Program-made: the position numbers and the translations under genes
Part shown: piece after piece, positions 63,901-64,000 of the stretch
Numbering within the stretch: position 1 is the first letter of the stretch
Layout: each line of letters starts with the position of its first letter
Source of the DNA: Octopus sinensis
Lineage: Eukaryota
Direction: 5' to 3'
Assembly (NCBI RefSeq): GCF_006345805.1
Contig: NC_043005.1
Span: 64,666,001 to 64,730,000 of the forward strand
Length of the DNA stretch: 64,000 nucleotides
The notes under the pieces: model-generated
Told to the model about the DNA's origin: nothing
Seen by the model: the letters and a program-made list of their open reading frames with translations, nothing else
Databases searched by the model: none

Positions 63901-64000
63901 TATGTATCCTTTTCTGATAGACACACACTCATTGCATTCTTTCCAGGATCAGCCAATAGGTTAGTCTATCACTATGGAAACAGAAACCAATGTGTTTGTG

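Overview
AT-rich, repeat-dense animal genomic DNA. The SINE/LINE repertoire looks like Octopus (inference, not tested). The window lies inside one minus-strand gene, an axonemal outer-arm gamma-type dynein heavy chain (DNAH5/DNAH8-like). Eleven internal exons (2,178 bp, 726 codons) splice in frame with GT-AG sites, covering the tail/linker up to just before AAA1. The introns (largest 24.7 kb) hold RTE, CR1, Tx1/L1, CRE-like and Penelope retroelement remnants, four tRNA-derived SINE families, mariner, hAT and Merlin DNA transposons, and microsatellites. Most notable: (1) four sequence-unrelated families of hammerhead-ribozyme-like motifs, including an apparently intact one in a ~270-bp TA-flanked element, a G3:C8 core-swap variant at the apex of a 100-bp foldback, and an inverted pair; (2) a C4HC3 PHD-type finger inserted inside the RT domain of the RTE LINE; (3) repeated insertion of RTE and ribozyme elements into (TA)n tracts, including a tract carried inside a SINE; (4) inverted SINEs flanking a 119-nt dynein exon. 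Repeat boundaries were read by eye and are approximate.
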